NCBI GenBank assembly: GCA_964016885.1
Contig: OZ024746.1
Location: forward strand, 38,936,001 to 39,000,000
Direction of reading: 5' to 3'
Length of the DNA stretch: 64,000 nucleotides
From: Eledone cirrhosa
Lineage: Eukaryota
The notes under the pieces are model-generated. The model saw only the letters and a list, made by a program, of their open reading frames with translations. It was not told the origin of the DNA and ran no database searches. The position numbers were made by a program, and so were the translations under genes. Positions 40,257-53,477 of the stretch are shown piece after piece (within the stretch, counting starts at the first letter, position 1; every line of letters starts with the position of its first letter).

Positions 40257-41090
40257 TCATCATCATTTTACGTCCACTTTTCCCTGCTTGCAAGGGTGGG
40301 ACGGGAACTGTTTCTGGCTTGAGTTCTACAGCTGGATGCCCTTCCTAACACCAACCTCATTTACAGTGAGTGCTGGGTGCTTTTTTTCCGTGGCACCTCC
40401 ACGACCACTTTGCAGTGGAATGATATGGACCCCCAGTCCCTATCATCTCATTTCTACAGCTGAGTAAACTGGAGCAATGTGAAATAAAGTGTCTTGCTCA
40501 AGGAAACAACACATCACCCGGTCTGAGAATTGACCAGGTGATGTGTTGTTTCCTTGAGCAAGATATATATATATATCATCATCACCGTTTTACGTCCGTT
40601 CTTCCACGCTAGCATGGGTTAGATGGGTTGTCCTGTTGTGGTGTGGGCAGTGTCTGGTCGGCTGACCATGCCTTGCTCATACAGGAACTGATTTGGCTTG
40701 ATTTCTACAGCTGGATGCCCTTCCTAACACCAACCTCATTTACAGTGACTGCTGAGTGCTTTTTCGTGGCGCCTACACGTCCACTTTACAGTGTGGGCTG
40801 GGTGCTTTTTTGCCGTGGCACCTCCACGACCACCTTGCAGTGGGAGGGTGTGGGGGCATATTGTCTATATGCTTCAGCTTGTACCCATGGGAGGTCGGGT
40901 ATATATATATATATATCATCATCATCATCATCATCATCGTTTAACATCTATCTTCCACGCTAGCATGGGTTTAGATGGGAATTGTCCCACGTGAGGCAAG
41001 ATTGGTTGTCTTGCTCGTATAGGACTGTCTGGCAGGTTTTCTACGGCTGGATGCCCTTCCTAACACCAACCACGTTTACAGTGTGGAACG
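40257..41090 (-). mobile_element. stack of truncated CORE SINE (40257-40533), RTE-B 3'UTR (40576-40899) and RTE-A-like tail (40916-41090)
   Basis: Each begins with (CAT)n next to (TA)n and matches family copies elsewhere. Confidence 0.88.
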
Positions 41091-41260
41091 TTTACATATA
41101 TATATATGTTTGGAGGTGACACAACAAAAATTACACAGTCCACCCTATCAGGAGCTGATACTGATATTAAGCAGCCAGTCATCACTGATATCTAATAATA
41201 TGACAGCCTATATCACCCATACAAGCATGGAAAATAGATATTAAATGAGGATAATGATAA

Positions 41261-41320
<60 letters not shown>

Positions 41321-42149
41321 TCACACACATATATATATATACACATATGTGTGTATATATATATATATATATTTATATATACTTCCACCCTTCCCCACGT
41401 GTATAGACATGATGTATTTGTAGATTTGCATGTCATCATAACCATCATCATCATCACTGTTTAACGTCTATTTTCCATGCTTGCATGGGTTAGACAAGTT
41501 GTCATGTTCTGACGCCAGACAGGTCGGGTAACATTTTCTGCTTATACCTTCTGTTTTGGGCTTGGTTTCTATGTTTGGCTGCCTTTCATAACTTTACCAT
41601 AAATACACATATTAGCTCTAGGGTGCAAATATTACAGCACAAAACATTTATATTATTGTCTATAATTATATGTACATATATAAATATCCATGTTAGCGTG
41701 GAAGATAGACATTAAATGATGATGATGATGATGATGCACAAACTCATATTCATGTTTTTAGTGTCATAATGAAAATAGGACCCATGTTGTAATCACATAT
41801 TTGGTTATTGCTATTTCTTTTATTATTGTTTTCAGGGTGGAATGGAGAACAAATGGATTAATTCACCATCTTTATGACTGCTCAAGATTTTCTCCCTTCC
41901 TTATTCGAAATTTTCAAATATTAGTAGTGAGAACAACTTATTAAAGTGTAGATTATATTATTTTGAGAAGTTCTAGTGATTTTGAGTTCTACTAGGGCTG
42001 GAAACTATCTAATTTATAAATCATACCCTACTGTCTTAAATAAAAGGAAAGGCACATTAGACTATGAAGTTTTAACACCTTTGATCATATGTCAGTTTAA
42101 TGTATGATATAAAAAACTGTTACCTCTGGCAACATGTAGAATAGCAAAG

Positions 42150-42350
42150 AGCTTCATGTTAACCATTGCTCGTGGATTTTGTCTGCCTTGAGTATTGACA
42201 TAAAGATTGTTCTGGCTTCTAACATGCAAATATTTAACATATAACTGTTTATGAGAGAAGAAAGGCTCTTTCAACTGCAAATCTTCAACACTGCTGATGG
42301 AAACTTTGGACATATGGGAATTTGAAGTCTCTTGAAATGAAATGGCTTAT
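42150..42350 (-). pseudogene. Helitron Pif1-like helicase C-terminal remnant
   Basis: PFHFKRLQ(fs)PICP.F and LQLKEPFFSHKQLYV..L.V.SQNNLYV resemble Helitron FKRLQFP and FSHGQLYVA motifs. Confidence 0.65.
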
Positions 42351-42411
42351 GAGTATGGCAGTAATAGAGTGCTAAGAAACTTTTACATAGGGAACATTTA
42401 CCAAACAAATA

Positions 42412-42760
42412 ACGTCACAGAGAAATATTATTGAATATCATTGTGAGATTTATAGGAAAATATTCTTTTCAAAAGATGAGGTATTCACACAGAAAGAAAT
42501 AAACACTAAGAATAAAACCTTATGACAGTAAAATACATGGAAAATATTTTGTTGATAAGAATATTCTAACTAAACACAAAAAAATACTCACTGAAGCAAA
42601 ACAGTTTTTACTGTAAAATATGTGAGAAATCTTTCATTAAGAATTTGAAACTTTTTCTATACAAACATTGTCACACTGGATAAAAACCCTATTATTGTGA
42701 AACATATGAGAAATACTTTATCTCTAACATCATTTTAACAATACACAATGGAAAAAGTTA
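42412..42760 (+). pseudogene. degenerate tandem C2H2 zinc-finger array (~4 fingers)
   Basis: KPYDSKIHGKYF...LTKHKK, YCKICEKSF...HTG*KPYYCETYEKYF...LTIH with stops and frameshifts. Confidence 0.75.
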
Positions 42761-42984
42761 ATCCACATTTTATTTCTAACAACAAATACTTTGTGATTAG
42801 TTTACTGTTTTTTTTTGTTTTTTGTTTTTTTTTTAATAAACATGTATATACGAGAGTGTGTTTAAGTGAACATGTTTGCTACATGTACATAAAAGAACAG
42901 GTGTGTGTGTGTTTGAATGTAATGGATATTATAGCTTTAATTGTTGTGCTCCTCGGTGTATAGGTGTTCCCATCTTCCCTCTGC

Positions 42985-43200
42985 CTTGATTTCTACAGCT
43001 GGATGCCCTTCCTAACACCAACCTCATTTACAGTGAGTGCTGGATGCTTTTTTCCATGGCGCCTACACAACCACTTTACAGTGTGGGCTGGGTGCTTTTT
43101 TGTCGTGGCCCCTCCACGACCACTTTGCAGTGGGAGGGGGTGGGGGCATATTGTCTATATACTTCAGCTTCGGCTTGTACCCGTGGGAAGTCGGGTCTTA
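42985..43200 (-). mobile_element. RTE subfamily B 3'UTR fragment
   Basis: Reverse complement of 58115-58322. Confidence 0.85.
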
Positions 43201-43417
43201 CAGAGAGAGAGAAAGAGAGAGATTTTGGGTCTTTACTGGACCTTTTTTCTGTTTCTCCATTGTGATCCTGTCTCTATGTTGTACTCCTGTAGAAGGGCTT
43301 AAGCCTGACATGTCGAACTTTCTTTCCTCTTTCCAATATAAAGTGTGAAACTAATAATACTTCCTTTTGACCTCTGTTTGTTATCTCCTTGAACTATATA
43401 TATATATATATATGTAT

Positions 43418-43758
43418 GGAGGCACATGGCTTAGTGGTTAGAGCATTGGCCTTGCAATCGAAAGGTTGTGAGTTCAATTCTCAGACCGGGTGATGTGTTG
43501 TTTCCTTGAGCAAGACACTTTATTTCACATTGCTCCAGTTTACTCAGCTGTAGAAATGAGATGATAGGGACTGGGGTCCCTATCATTCCACTGCAAAGTG
43601 GTCGTGGAGGTGCCACGGCAAAAAAGCACCCAGCACTCACTGTAAATGAGGTTGGTGTTAGGAAGGGCATCCAGCTGTAGAAATCAAGCCAGCATCAGTT
43701 CCCGTCCCACCCTTGCAAGCAGGGAAAAGTGGACGTAAAATGAAATGATGATGAATGA

Positions 43759-43761
<3 letters not shown>
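43418..43761 (+). mobile_element. CORE-type SINE
   Basis: Near-identical to 2048-2384. Confidence 0.93.
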
Positions 43762-43800
<39 letters not shown>

Positions 43801-43899
43801 TACCATTGATGTTGATATATATATATATATATACCATTTATGTTGTATGGTTTCCCAATGGGTAGAACTGGTCATTCCAGTAAGTAAACACAATGTAAT

Positions 43900-44260
43900 A
43901 ATTCAAAGCACTGAGTGTTAAACAAATCATTTGTACATGTTTAGGCAGATCCCCCATTGAAGCTTTTTAGAATGTTCCATCTTTCATCTGTGCATAACTT
44001 ACACAACTTTTTTCAGAGAAATATGTATCATTATCTTTGAGTGTCCATGCATTGCTTGCAAGTTTTGTGGCATATCTCTTGTTCGGGTACCTAAAGGCCA
44101 TTTCATGGTTAAGGAAATGGTCTTTAAAGTAACCCTCTGATATTCCCACATATGTCTTGACCACCTGTCGCTGGTTTGGTTGAGTCAAGGTGACTACTGC
44201 TTCATATAATCACAGTGGCTATTTTGCATTCTAGTTTATGGGAGCATATGTCCAGCCTTC
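43900..44260 (-). pseudogene. Penelope-like (Naiad-type) GIY-YIG endonuclease remnant
   Basis: YEAVVT..KTYVGISEGYFKDHFLNHEMAFR...YATKLASNAWTLKD then C..C..E..NILK...LN; GIY-YIG signature. Confidence 0.75.
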
Positions 44261-44636
44261 TGCATGGGCAGCCTGGAGTGGGGAAGCTCTTTGGTTTGTT
44301 GGTGATGTGGGAGTTAATACTTTTTGTGCAGGAATAGCCAAATTTTACTGTATGTCAGTTAAATATAACAATATAGAGCTTCAATTATTCCCTCTAGTAC
44401 TATTTCTCTTCAGTGTCTCTTCCGTCATACTTTCTCATCCATTACCTATTCAACCTGCTCCATCTTTTGTCATTCTATTCACTTCTTGGTAATGTTTGTT
44501 TCAATGAATAAGGACAATGTTGGGTAATGAGTAACTCTCAAACTTATATCAATCAGCATCAGCATCAGCAGCAACATCACTATCATTCAATGTCCACTTT
44601 CCGTATTTATCAACATCATTATTATATTTACATCCA

Positions 44637-44830
44637 AGGGCGGTGGATTGGCAGTATCGGTAGAGAGTCGGACGCCATGCTTTCCAACATAGTTACGTCC
44701 CTTTGCGGTCTGAGTTCAAATCCCGCCGAGGTTAACTTTGCCTTTCATCCTTACGGGGTCGATAAAATAAAGTACCAGTAATGTACTGGGTAATTGCTGG
44801 CCTTGTGCCAAAAGTAGAAACAATTATTAT
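44637..44830 (+). mobile_element. Deu/Nin-type tRNA SINE, full length reference copy
   Basis: A box TGGCAGTATCGG, B box GAGTTCAAATCC, domain CTTTGCCTTTCATCCTTACGGGGTCGATAAAATAAAGTACCAG, ATT tail. Confidence 0.9.
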
Positions 44831-44887
44831 ATTTACATCCACTTTTTCTATGATGGCATGAGTTGTACAAGACTACTTGAAGTAATC

Positions 44888-45768
44888 AGTTAGGTGGGTA
44901 GATAGGTAGGTAGGTAAGTTGGTAGGCAGATCGGTAGGTAGGTAGGTAGATAGTTAGGTAGATAGTTAGGTAGGTAGGTAGGTAGGTAGGTAGGTAGGTA
45001 AGTAGGTAGGTAGGTGGGTAGGTAGGTAAGTAGGTAGGTAGGTGGGTAGGTAGGTAAGTAGGTAGGTAGGTGGGTAGGCAGATCGGTAGGTAGGTAGGTA
45101 GGTAGATAGTTAGGTAGATAGTTAGGTAGGTAGGTAGGTAGGTAGGTAGGTAGGTAGGTAGGTAGCTAGATAGATCAATAGAAAGATAGTGATATAGGTA
45201 GGTAGGTAGATAGGAAGGTAGGTAGGTAAGTAGGTAGGTAGGTGGGTAGGTAGGTAAGTAGGTAGGTAGGTGGGTAGGTAGGTAGGTGTGTAGGTAGGTA
45301 GGTAGATAGTTAGGTAGGTAGGTAGGTAGGTAGGTAGGTAGGTAGGTAGGTAGGTAGGTAGGTAGGTAGGTAGGTAGATCAATAGAAAGATAGTGATATA
45401 GGTAGGTAGGTAGATAGGAAGGTAGGTAGGTAAGTAGGTAGGTAGGTGGGTAGGTAGGTAAGTAGGTAGGTAGGTAAGTAGGTAGGTAGGTGTGTAGGTA
45501 GAAAGGTAGGTAGGTGGGTAGGTAGGTAAGTAGGTAGGTAGGTAAGTAGGTAGGTAGGTGTGTAGGTAGATAGTTAGGTAGGTAGGTAGGTAGGTAGGTA
45601 GGTAGGTAGGTAGATAGCTAGATAGATCAATAGAAAGATAGTTATATAGGTAGGTAGGTAGATAGGAAGGTAGGTAGGTAAGTAGGTAGGTAGGTGGGTA
45701 GGTAGGTAAGTAGGTAGGTAGGTGGGTAGGTAGGTAAGTAGGTAGGTAGGTAGGAAGGTAGGTAGATA
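44888..45768. repeat. (TAGG)n satellite with ~200-250 bp higher-order duplication
   Basis: Marker GATCAATAGAAAGATAGT recurs at ~45173, 45377, 45625. Confidence 0.95.
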
Positions 45769-45981
45769 CATTTTTGCCTAAATAAAGGCAGTTATGTATT
45801 TATCTAACAATTAATTCTACAAGCCTGCTGTCAAACTGGAATCTATTCACAATAATTATACACTCTGAAGTCTTTTCCATTTTATATTGTGTTTTTTTTT
45901 TCTTTGCTCTTTGTACTAAATTTATTTTCATTTTCACCTTCTTCACTTAAATTCAAGGCCATTCCTCCGAAATAGAAACAA

Positions 45982-46012
<31 letters not shown>

Positions 46013-46526
46013 GTTAAATTATCAACAAGTCTTCTGCATGTCTATGTTGCATGTTTGTCTTTTATTGATAATTCTTATTTACCAGATTTCAATGTATAGT
46101 TGGTTTGGTGCCAAATAAGAGATAAAATCGGTTCTCCTAGTTAGACTTGAAAAATCTGCTGATTCCCTGACACAAATGACACTTAGAAAGAAAAAAATGG
46201 TGTTAGCCTATTTCAGTGGTGGTGATGGCAGCGGTGGTGGTGGTGCTGCTGCTTTTGGTATTGGTGGTGGTGATAGTGGTAGGGTTGGTAATATCAGTGG
46301 TAGAGGCCATGGTGGAAGTAGCAATAATAGTGAAAGTGGCAATGGTGTTGTCACAATGTATTTTGTGTTGATTACCTGTTAGTTTTAATTTGTTGCACAA
46401 GAACAAAGCATAAAATTGCAAATGCTCAATTAGATTAAGTTGTAAGCCACTTGGATGTTTGACTATGAAAGGCAATGTATGTATATATATATATATATAT
46501 ATATACATACACACATATATATATAC

Positions 46527-46572
<46 letters not shown>

Positions 46573-46609
46573 ATACATACATACATATATATATACATAT
46601 ATATATATA

Positions 46610-46725
<116 letters not shown>

Positions 46726-46728
46726 TTA

Positions 46729-46876
46729 TAACGAAGGAAATGTGGTAAGGAACCAGGTGGACCATAACGCACCAAAGTACTCAATACTTGAGGTAGTAGA
46801 GTGGGTAATAGGAACCAGTAAGACCCCGACAGCTGAGCTCAAGCCGTTTCGACGGCTAATTCTGGACGGCTAATTC
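46729..46876 (-). mobile_element. family H2 terminus truncated at HHR stem II
   Basis: Homologous to 30679-30815; (TA)n flanks. Confidence 0.8.
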
Positions 46877-46933
46877 ATATATATACATACATACATATAT
46901 ATATACATATATATATAATGTGTATATATATAT

Positions 46934-46978
<45 letters not shown>

Positions 46979-47046
46979 CATACATATATATATATGTGCA
47001 AAAACACAAAGTCTTATTATTTTCACACTTAGGAGGAAATAAAAGA

Positions 47047-47084
47047 GATTTGATGTTTCGGACATAACTCTTTCTTCAGGAAAT
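47047..47084 (-). ncRNA. degenerate minimal hammerhead motif
   Basis: ATTTC-CTGAAGA-AAGAGTTATGTCC-GAAA-CATC-AAAT; stems imperfect. Confidence 0.35.
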
Positions 47085-47139
47085 GGAGAGTTCGGAGAGA
47101 GAAAGAAAAGGTACTGATACATATCATATGTATCTATGA

Positions 47140-47210
<71 letters not shown>

Positions 47211-47367
47211 AGTGCACAAACTCAAATGTTATTAGAATAAGAATTCCAATGTTCTATTTTAACCTGACCTCATAAACAGAAAAATATTGACTGCATCACA
47301 AGTAAACAAGAGACACTGTGTGCAGTCATTCACACAGCTTGATATAACAACACAACATGTCTTTTAA

Positions 47368-47599
47368 CCCTTCTGATACCAAACTAGCCAAAACTGGCTC
47401 TGGTTCTATAAATCAAAAATATCCATTTTAAAAGGTTCTTTATTTTTAAATTAAGATCTTCCAAAATAATTTTATAAATGAACCCTGTGTCATGTTAATA
47501 TCTTAGTAATGAAATAATAATTTTTAGTAAATCTTCCAAACTTCTTCATTAATTAACTGAAATAGAGTGTATTTCATTAGAGATACGACCACAAAAGTG
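47368..47599. mobile_element. TTAA-flanked piggyBac-like MITE (relatives at ~10300-10533 and ~10660-10905)
   Basis: TTAA-CCCTTCTGATACC...CACAAAAGTG-TTAA. Confidence 0.55.
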
Positions 47600-48083
47600 T
47601 TAAATCAAACCTTATCATCTTAAAAAAGGGAAGACATGAAATCTTAGACAGTGCAATCTTGAATATACAAAATGGTCACAGCTGAAACATTTTTCATCAT
47701 AGGCCTCATGGATTAGACCTAACTTGGCACTAAATAACAAGTACAAGATCATTGAATATATGTATATTATTTCCATTAATCAAAATTATTATAGAAAAGA
47801 CAATTATTATAGAAAAGACAATTATTATAGAAAAGACAATATCTGGCCTGTCAAGACTTGCAACTGTGCAGAATGGTGATCTCTCATCACCCAATGCTCC
47901 AAGAGGAGCAAAAGGAATTAAAGTAGAAGAAAAATGATGAGCTGGTAAGGTGGTGATTTGGCAGAGTTATCAGTGTGTTAGATAAAATATGTTGTTATAT
48001 GTCCCAGTTCTCTGTAATCTGAGTTCAAATCCCACCAAATGCTTTCCATCTTTCAGAGTCGATAAAAGTATCAGTCAAATACT

Positions 48084-48162
<79 letters not shown>

Positions 48163-48351
48163 ATTGTGTTGTAACATTTACAGCATTCCTTTCTCATGGA
48201 GAAGGGTTGGTCTAGGACTGTCATCAGTAAAGTGAGGTCCTTTGGGTTTCTGAATAGCAAGCTTAATTTCAAAACTACCTTGATCTTATTTAATATTGCA
48301 ACCATCTTTATGGTGAGCCATATCTCATACACACACATAAGCAGGAAGGAG

Positions 48352-48387
<36 letters not shown>

Positions 48388-48754
48388 TAAGATAGAAAGA
48401 TAGCAGATACATAAAAGGTAGCAGGAGTTCTGTTTGAAGTGAGGGCCCTGCTCAAAGAAGGGGCCCTGTTCGGAGAGGGAGCCCTGTTTAGAGAGAGGGC
48501 CCAGTTTGATGAGGGGGACCCAGAGCATTGGCCCTCACTGCTCATAAAAAATATGGTTGTATATCCATGAATAAGACAGCTATGATGATTGGATAGTGAA
48601 TTAATAAAAAATGGTATAGATAGTATTTTTTAAATATACACTCTGAAAAAGAGATTAATAGTTCAGAAAATTATAATCTTAGTCCCTGATTAGTTTTCAT
48701 GGTGTGCTCTGATATAGAAAGTACTATAGATATTATAGCAATCTTTATTTTGTC

Positions 48755-48790
<36 letters not shown>

Positions 48791-48966
48791 TTATAAAGAC
48801 ACTATAGCTATCTTTACTCTGTCCTTATCCGGTGGGTAATGTGACACACCATCACCATTCTCACAATCTTTCCAGTATCCCAGTCCATCTCATTGTGGAG
48901 GAGGGGGGGGGGGGAGAATGGGTAGTGGAAGAAGAAGAAGAAGAAGAAGAGGGGGTGTAGGAGTAG

Positions 48967-49021
<55 letters not shown>

Positions 49022-49117
49022 CTTGCTCTAACAAACAGATTTGATAAAATACAGTTGCCATGTGAGAAAATATACTTGTTGATCAGCTTTCAAAATAAAT
49101 AGCTTAATTACATATAC

Positions 49118-49186
<69 letters not shown>

Positions 49187-49196
49187 TATATATACA

Positions 49197-49228
<32 letters not shown>

Positions 49229-49523
49229 CTCAGAAGGAAGCACAAAATTCACACATACAGCAATTATCATAATACACAATACCATACACAATATATTGTG
49301 TCTAGACTGTTAATTATATGTCATTACATTAACAAATAACTCTTTACCTTTTAGAATGATTTTCGTTATATGTGACTTCATGTTATTTCAGCAATAAATA
49401 TTCATACAGAGAAATAACAAAATAACTCCTCATCAGTCTGTCAAGATATATAAGTAAATTGATGTATACACAGATATATTGAGAAATCAAATTATGGATT
49501 TTCACTAATTTTATCTATATATA

Positions 49524-49721
49524 TAACGAGGGAAGTGTGGTAAGGAACCAGGTGGACCATAACGCACCAGAGTACTTGATACTTTGAGTAGTAGAGTGGG
49601 TAATAGGAAAAGGTTCAGGACCCCGACGGCAGAGCTCAAGCCGTTTCGATGGCTATTTCTGGACTGAAATAGCTGTCGAAACGGCTTGCGCTCTGCCGTC
49701 GGGGTCCTGAACCTTTTCCTA
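49524..49721 (-). mobile_element. family H2 fold-back terminus
   Basis: Palindrome ~49603-49721; GAAA-CGGC..GCCG-TC-GGGGTC in both arms. Confidence 0.82.
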
Positions 49722-49775
49722 TATATATATATATATATATATTGGAAAATGTGTGTAATCCTTGGTACAGTTAGG

Positions 49776-50065
49776 TATATTAAGACAGGGGGAAAGAAAA
49801 AAATGGCTTCACTTGTGCTTTCAACAAATTTATTTTCTTCACAAAATCCAAAAAGAATTTTTTTTTTTTCCGGATTAGAAAAAATTTTCTTAAAAAAAAT
49901 TTTTTTTTTTTTTTTAATAAAAATTTATAAAATTTATAAAAAAAAAAAAAATTTTTTTTAAGAAAATTTTTTCTAATCCGGAAAAGAAAAATTATTTTTG
50001 GATTTTGTGAAGAAAATAAATTTGTTGAAAGCACAAGTGAAGCCATTTTTTTCTTCCCCCCTGTC

Positions 50066-50074
<9 letters not shown>
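49776..50074. repeat. ~300-bp palindrome in (TA)n with homopolymer-rich centre
   Basis: TAAGACAGGGGG... mirrors ...CCCCCTGTCTTA. Confidence 0.85.
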
Positions 50075-50109
<35 letters not shown>

Positions 50110-50115
<6 letters not shown>

Positions 50116-51305
50116 TAACAGATTAAAGTTTAAGCAAAGAATCGCTGCTTTCACCCTTAACGGGATCTTCTGAAACTAACAAAGTCAATCTGTAAACGCA
50201 GAAGTGGATATTTCAAAAAACGTTGCAACCGGAGGAAGACGATACTTTGGTTCGTGGAAACATTCATGGCAAAGAACGGGAAAAAACGAATATAATACGT
50301 CATTAATAGGAGCGGTGAAAAACAATTACGCGCAAAGACAGAACCACGTTTATGGTATAAAAGAGGTCGTAGACTAAAGTTCTCTTAGGTGGTTCATAGA
50401 GACGTTCTCTGGCAATGAACGAAAAAAACGAAGATAATACGTCATATGTGGACCGTGGAGAACAATTGCACGCAAAGACAAAACCACGTAAATGGTATAG
50501 CAGAAGTCGTAGACTAAAATTCTAACTAGGAAACCGAATAAATCTCCGCTTCAGAGTTAGGAACAAAGTAAATAAATGCAATACAGAGGTAATAGAAATT
50601 AAATAAATACATACACGCATACAAATACGTACATACACAAGCATACGCGAAAACACTTACCATAGGTATACAAAACCACGCACATATAAATATGTGTGTG
50701 TGTATGCGTGTATACAAATAAATAAATAATTAAATAAACGTATATAAATAAATAAATACGTATATAACAAGCGCACACACATACCTACATGTAAATACAC
50801 AAATGTTCGGAGACGTAAGTCAACCAAAACATGAAGTACACATATACACACACCCTACATACGTACGAACCTGCATACTCACACAGACGCAAAACTCCCG
50901 TATACACATAACCAAACCATATGTACCAGAATATATAAAATTATACGCCATAACATATACAATCAAATATACGTACGAGAAGGTATACGTACCTTCACAA
51001 AACATGCAGGTAATATATACTTACCTATGCAAATAAGTAATGGTATAAACAAAACATATACTTAGCTACCACATCAAGACGTAAAATATCCACGTATAGA
51101 TCGTACTATCCGTTAGGGTATAACGTGGGGCTGTAATACAGGAAAGTTTTGTGCAATTTATGTTTACAAGCCGAAATTGCCTCAGATTTTGAGTTTAAGA
51201 TGTGGTCTGTGGCGTAGAGTATTTCCAGGGCCTCAGCGGCGCAGAGGTCACATGGTCTTTTATTTCCGTTATACGATCTAGCCCCAGCTAGGATCTCCCA
51301 GTGTA
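50110..51305 (-). mobile_element. 5'-truncated Penelope-like (Naiad-type) element: GIY-YIG C-terminus, ~1-kb 3'UTR, terminal HHR
   Basis: HWEILAGARSY..RPCDLCAAE..ILNSKSEAISACKH (51106-51305); ~140-bp tandem duplication 50250-50530; (TA)n both ends. Confidence 0.85.
50127..50177 (-). ncRNA. type I hammerhead (U4>A variant in this copy)
   Basis: AGTTT-CAGAAGA-TCCC GTTAA GGGT-GAAA-GCA..TGC-TT-AAACT. Confidence 0.75.
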
Positions 51306-51345
51306 ACTTATATATATATATAAATACACACACACATATATACTG

Positions 51346-51390
<45 letters not shown>

Positions 51391-51391
51391 A

Positions 51392-51591
51392 TAGAGGAAG
51401 GAAACCGCAATAGAAGATGACCAAGAAAGATGTGGGCAGAGGTTGTGAGAGTGGACCTCAAATCGCTAAGACTGGCAGAGAAGATGACGAAGGAACGCCA
51501 CAAGTGCAGGGATGCTGAGCTGAGAAGGACTTGTCCAACCCATGCAAGCATAGAAAAGCAGGTGTAAAAATGATGATGATGATGATGATGA
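51392..51591 (+). mobile_element. RTE subfamily C-like 3' end
   Basis: Similar to 59990-60188; GAT tail. Confidence 0.8.
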
Positions 51592-51609
51592 TATACACTC
51601 ACACTTATA

Positions 51610-51669
<60 letters not shown>

Positions 51670-51677
<8 letters not shown>

Positions 51678-53477
51678 AAAATAACAGGAGGCTGGACTTG
51701 TGTAAATCCTTGAAAGGTTTATTATACTATGATCATTTCAATGACCGGGTTCCGCATGAATCCGGTGATATCATAAGGTATTCGAAATATAATAAATGCA
51801 TGTAACGGATAAAATCCATGGGGCTGAAAATCATAGACCCGAGGGCGACCAACCATCTAGCATCTTCCACTTTATTTATTTTTTTATGTATTTTTTCATT
51901 TATTTATTTATTTATATATTTCTACCTTTTTACTTTATTCATGTGTTTTTATCTTTGTATTCTGCTTTTATTTATCTATGTATTCTTGGTTTTTGCCTAC
52001 TGTTCCTTTTATTTAGGTTTTTACTCGCTTTACTCTCATTAAGTACTTATCATTGTACTCATTAGCACACGACACTAGAATATCTCCCCCTGGGAACCAC
52101 AATACTTATAACCCGGACTATCTGGGGACCTATTTGCGCTTTTCATCGGGTTTTATAATTGATTACACGCGATGATCCGACTGGTGTGGTGGTTTTCCTG
52201 GCTGCGCGCCCGGCGCCCTGGTGCATAAGCCTCCCTTGAGTGCTTGGAAAAACAAATTTCCCTTACTTTCGGTAAATGAAATTACTCGGAGCGGTTTGCT
52301 TCGCCCCGGGGCCCGCCGCGGTGCTGTTTTTAACCGCCATATAGTACCTTTAAATTCTAGGCCTAATCATAACTATTAGCTGTATCATGCCTCCCTCTAC
52401 TGGCACTTAAACAAATCCCCCTTCTGTGTAAATTAATAGTACTCGTTTGGTATAACGATGGCTGACTTCCCACTAGCACACCCGAAGCCTAGAACAGTTA
52501 CATTCCTCGAGTGCTTGGAAAAATTGATTTCCATATCTCTCGCTAGACGGTTTCACTCGGAATGGCAGATACGTGGTTAGGATGGGCTGGCCGGAGTCTG
52601 CAGTCGTCGCGTGCTGTTTGACTGCTAAACAAAGACTTAATCTTTACTCTATATCCCACCCTGAAAACTTATCGAGGATCTCTATAATACACTTAAAATT
52701 TGTTCATACAAGACTCTCTCTGTAAATTCTTTAACTAAATCTCGCAACCCAAACCATAAATTGTTTTTAAACTGTTTAATTTTTAATTTTCAAATTTTTT
52801 TTAATTTTATAATTTTAATCTTTAATTTAATTTCATCCTATAAATCTAAACAAAAATTTAACGTTCCAATACACATTATACCATGCAGACTCCCACTATA
52901 TATACCTCTGTTATAATATATACCTCTGTTAAGATATAGGTTCTTTAGAATAACATTTTTCACGGCAATTCCTAACCTGATTGTAACATGACATTAACGC
53001 TGACATTTCTTCTTTCTTTCTGTCTTTTTTTCTCTTTGACCGGGAGGTTAGTAGCACATTATAAGCTTTCGCCCCCTCACCAGATAGCCTTAAGTGGACC
53101 GAATAGCCAGCATTTGAGGGCGACCGACTAAAGTGGAAGATGCTAGATGGTCGGTCGTCCTCGGGTCTATGATTTTCAGAACCATGGATTTTATCTGTTA
53201 CATGCAATTATTATATTTCGAATACCTGATGATATCACCGGATTCATACGGAACCCGGTCATTGAAATGATCATAGTATAATAAACCTTTCAATGATTTA
53301 CACAAGTCCAGCCTCCTGTTATTTTATTATAATATTTAACTCCATACTCGCACCACCAACTACACAAACGAAGATGGTTGAGCTGCTTTACGTTGAGTAC
53401 TCTCCATATTATTACATCAAGATTGACCATACGGAATGACCAGCTCTATCCAGTGGTGAACCTTCAAACCTAAATAA

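Noticed and set aside
43283-43320. Further HHR-like relics (43283; 17018-17052 minus; 8105-8140 minus)
   Set aside because: Two or more core mismatches; indistinguishable from chance by eye
44888-45768. Telomeric repeat
   Set aside because: Unit is TAGG, not TTAGGG or TTAGG, and it is interstitial
46083-46166. 84-nt minus-strand candidate exon ESADFSSLTRRTDFISYLAPNQLYIEI
   Set aside because: One open frame with AG/GT ends but no homology I can recognise; not listed as a feature
50250-51100. SECIS element in the Naiad-type 3'UTR
   Set aside because: No convincing AUGA..AA..GA hairpin seen by eye; needs SECISearch
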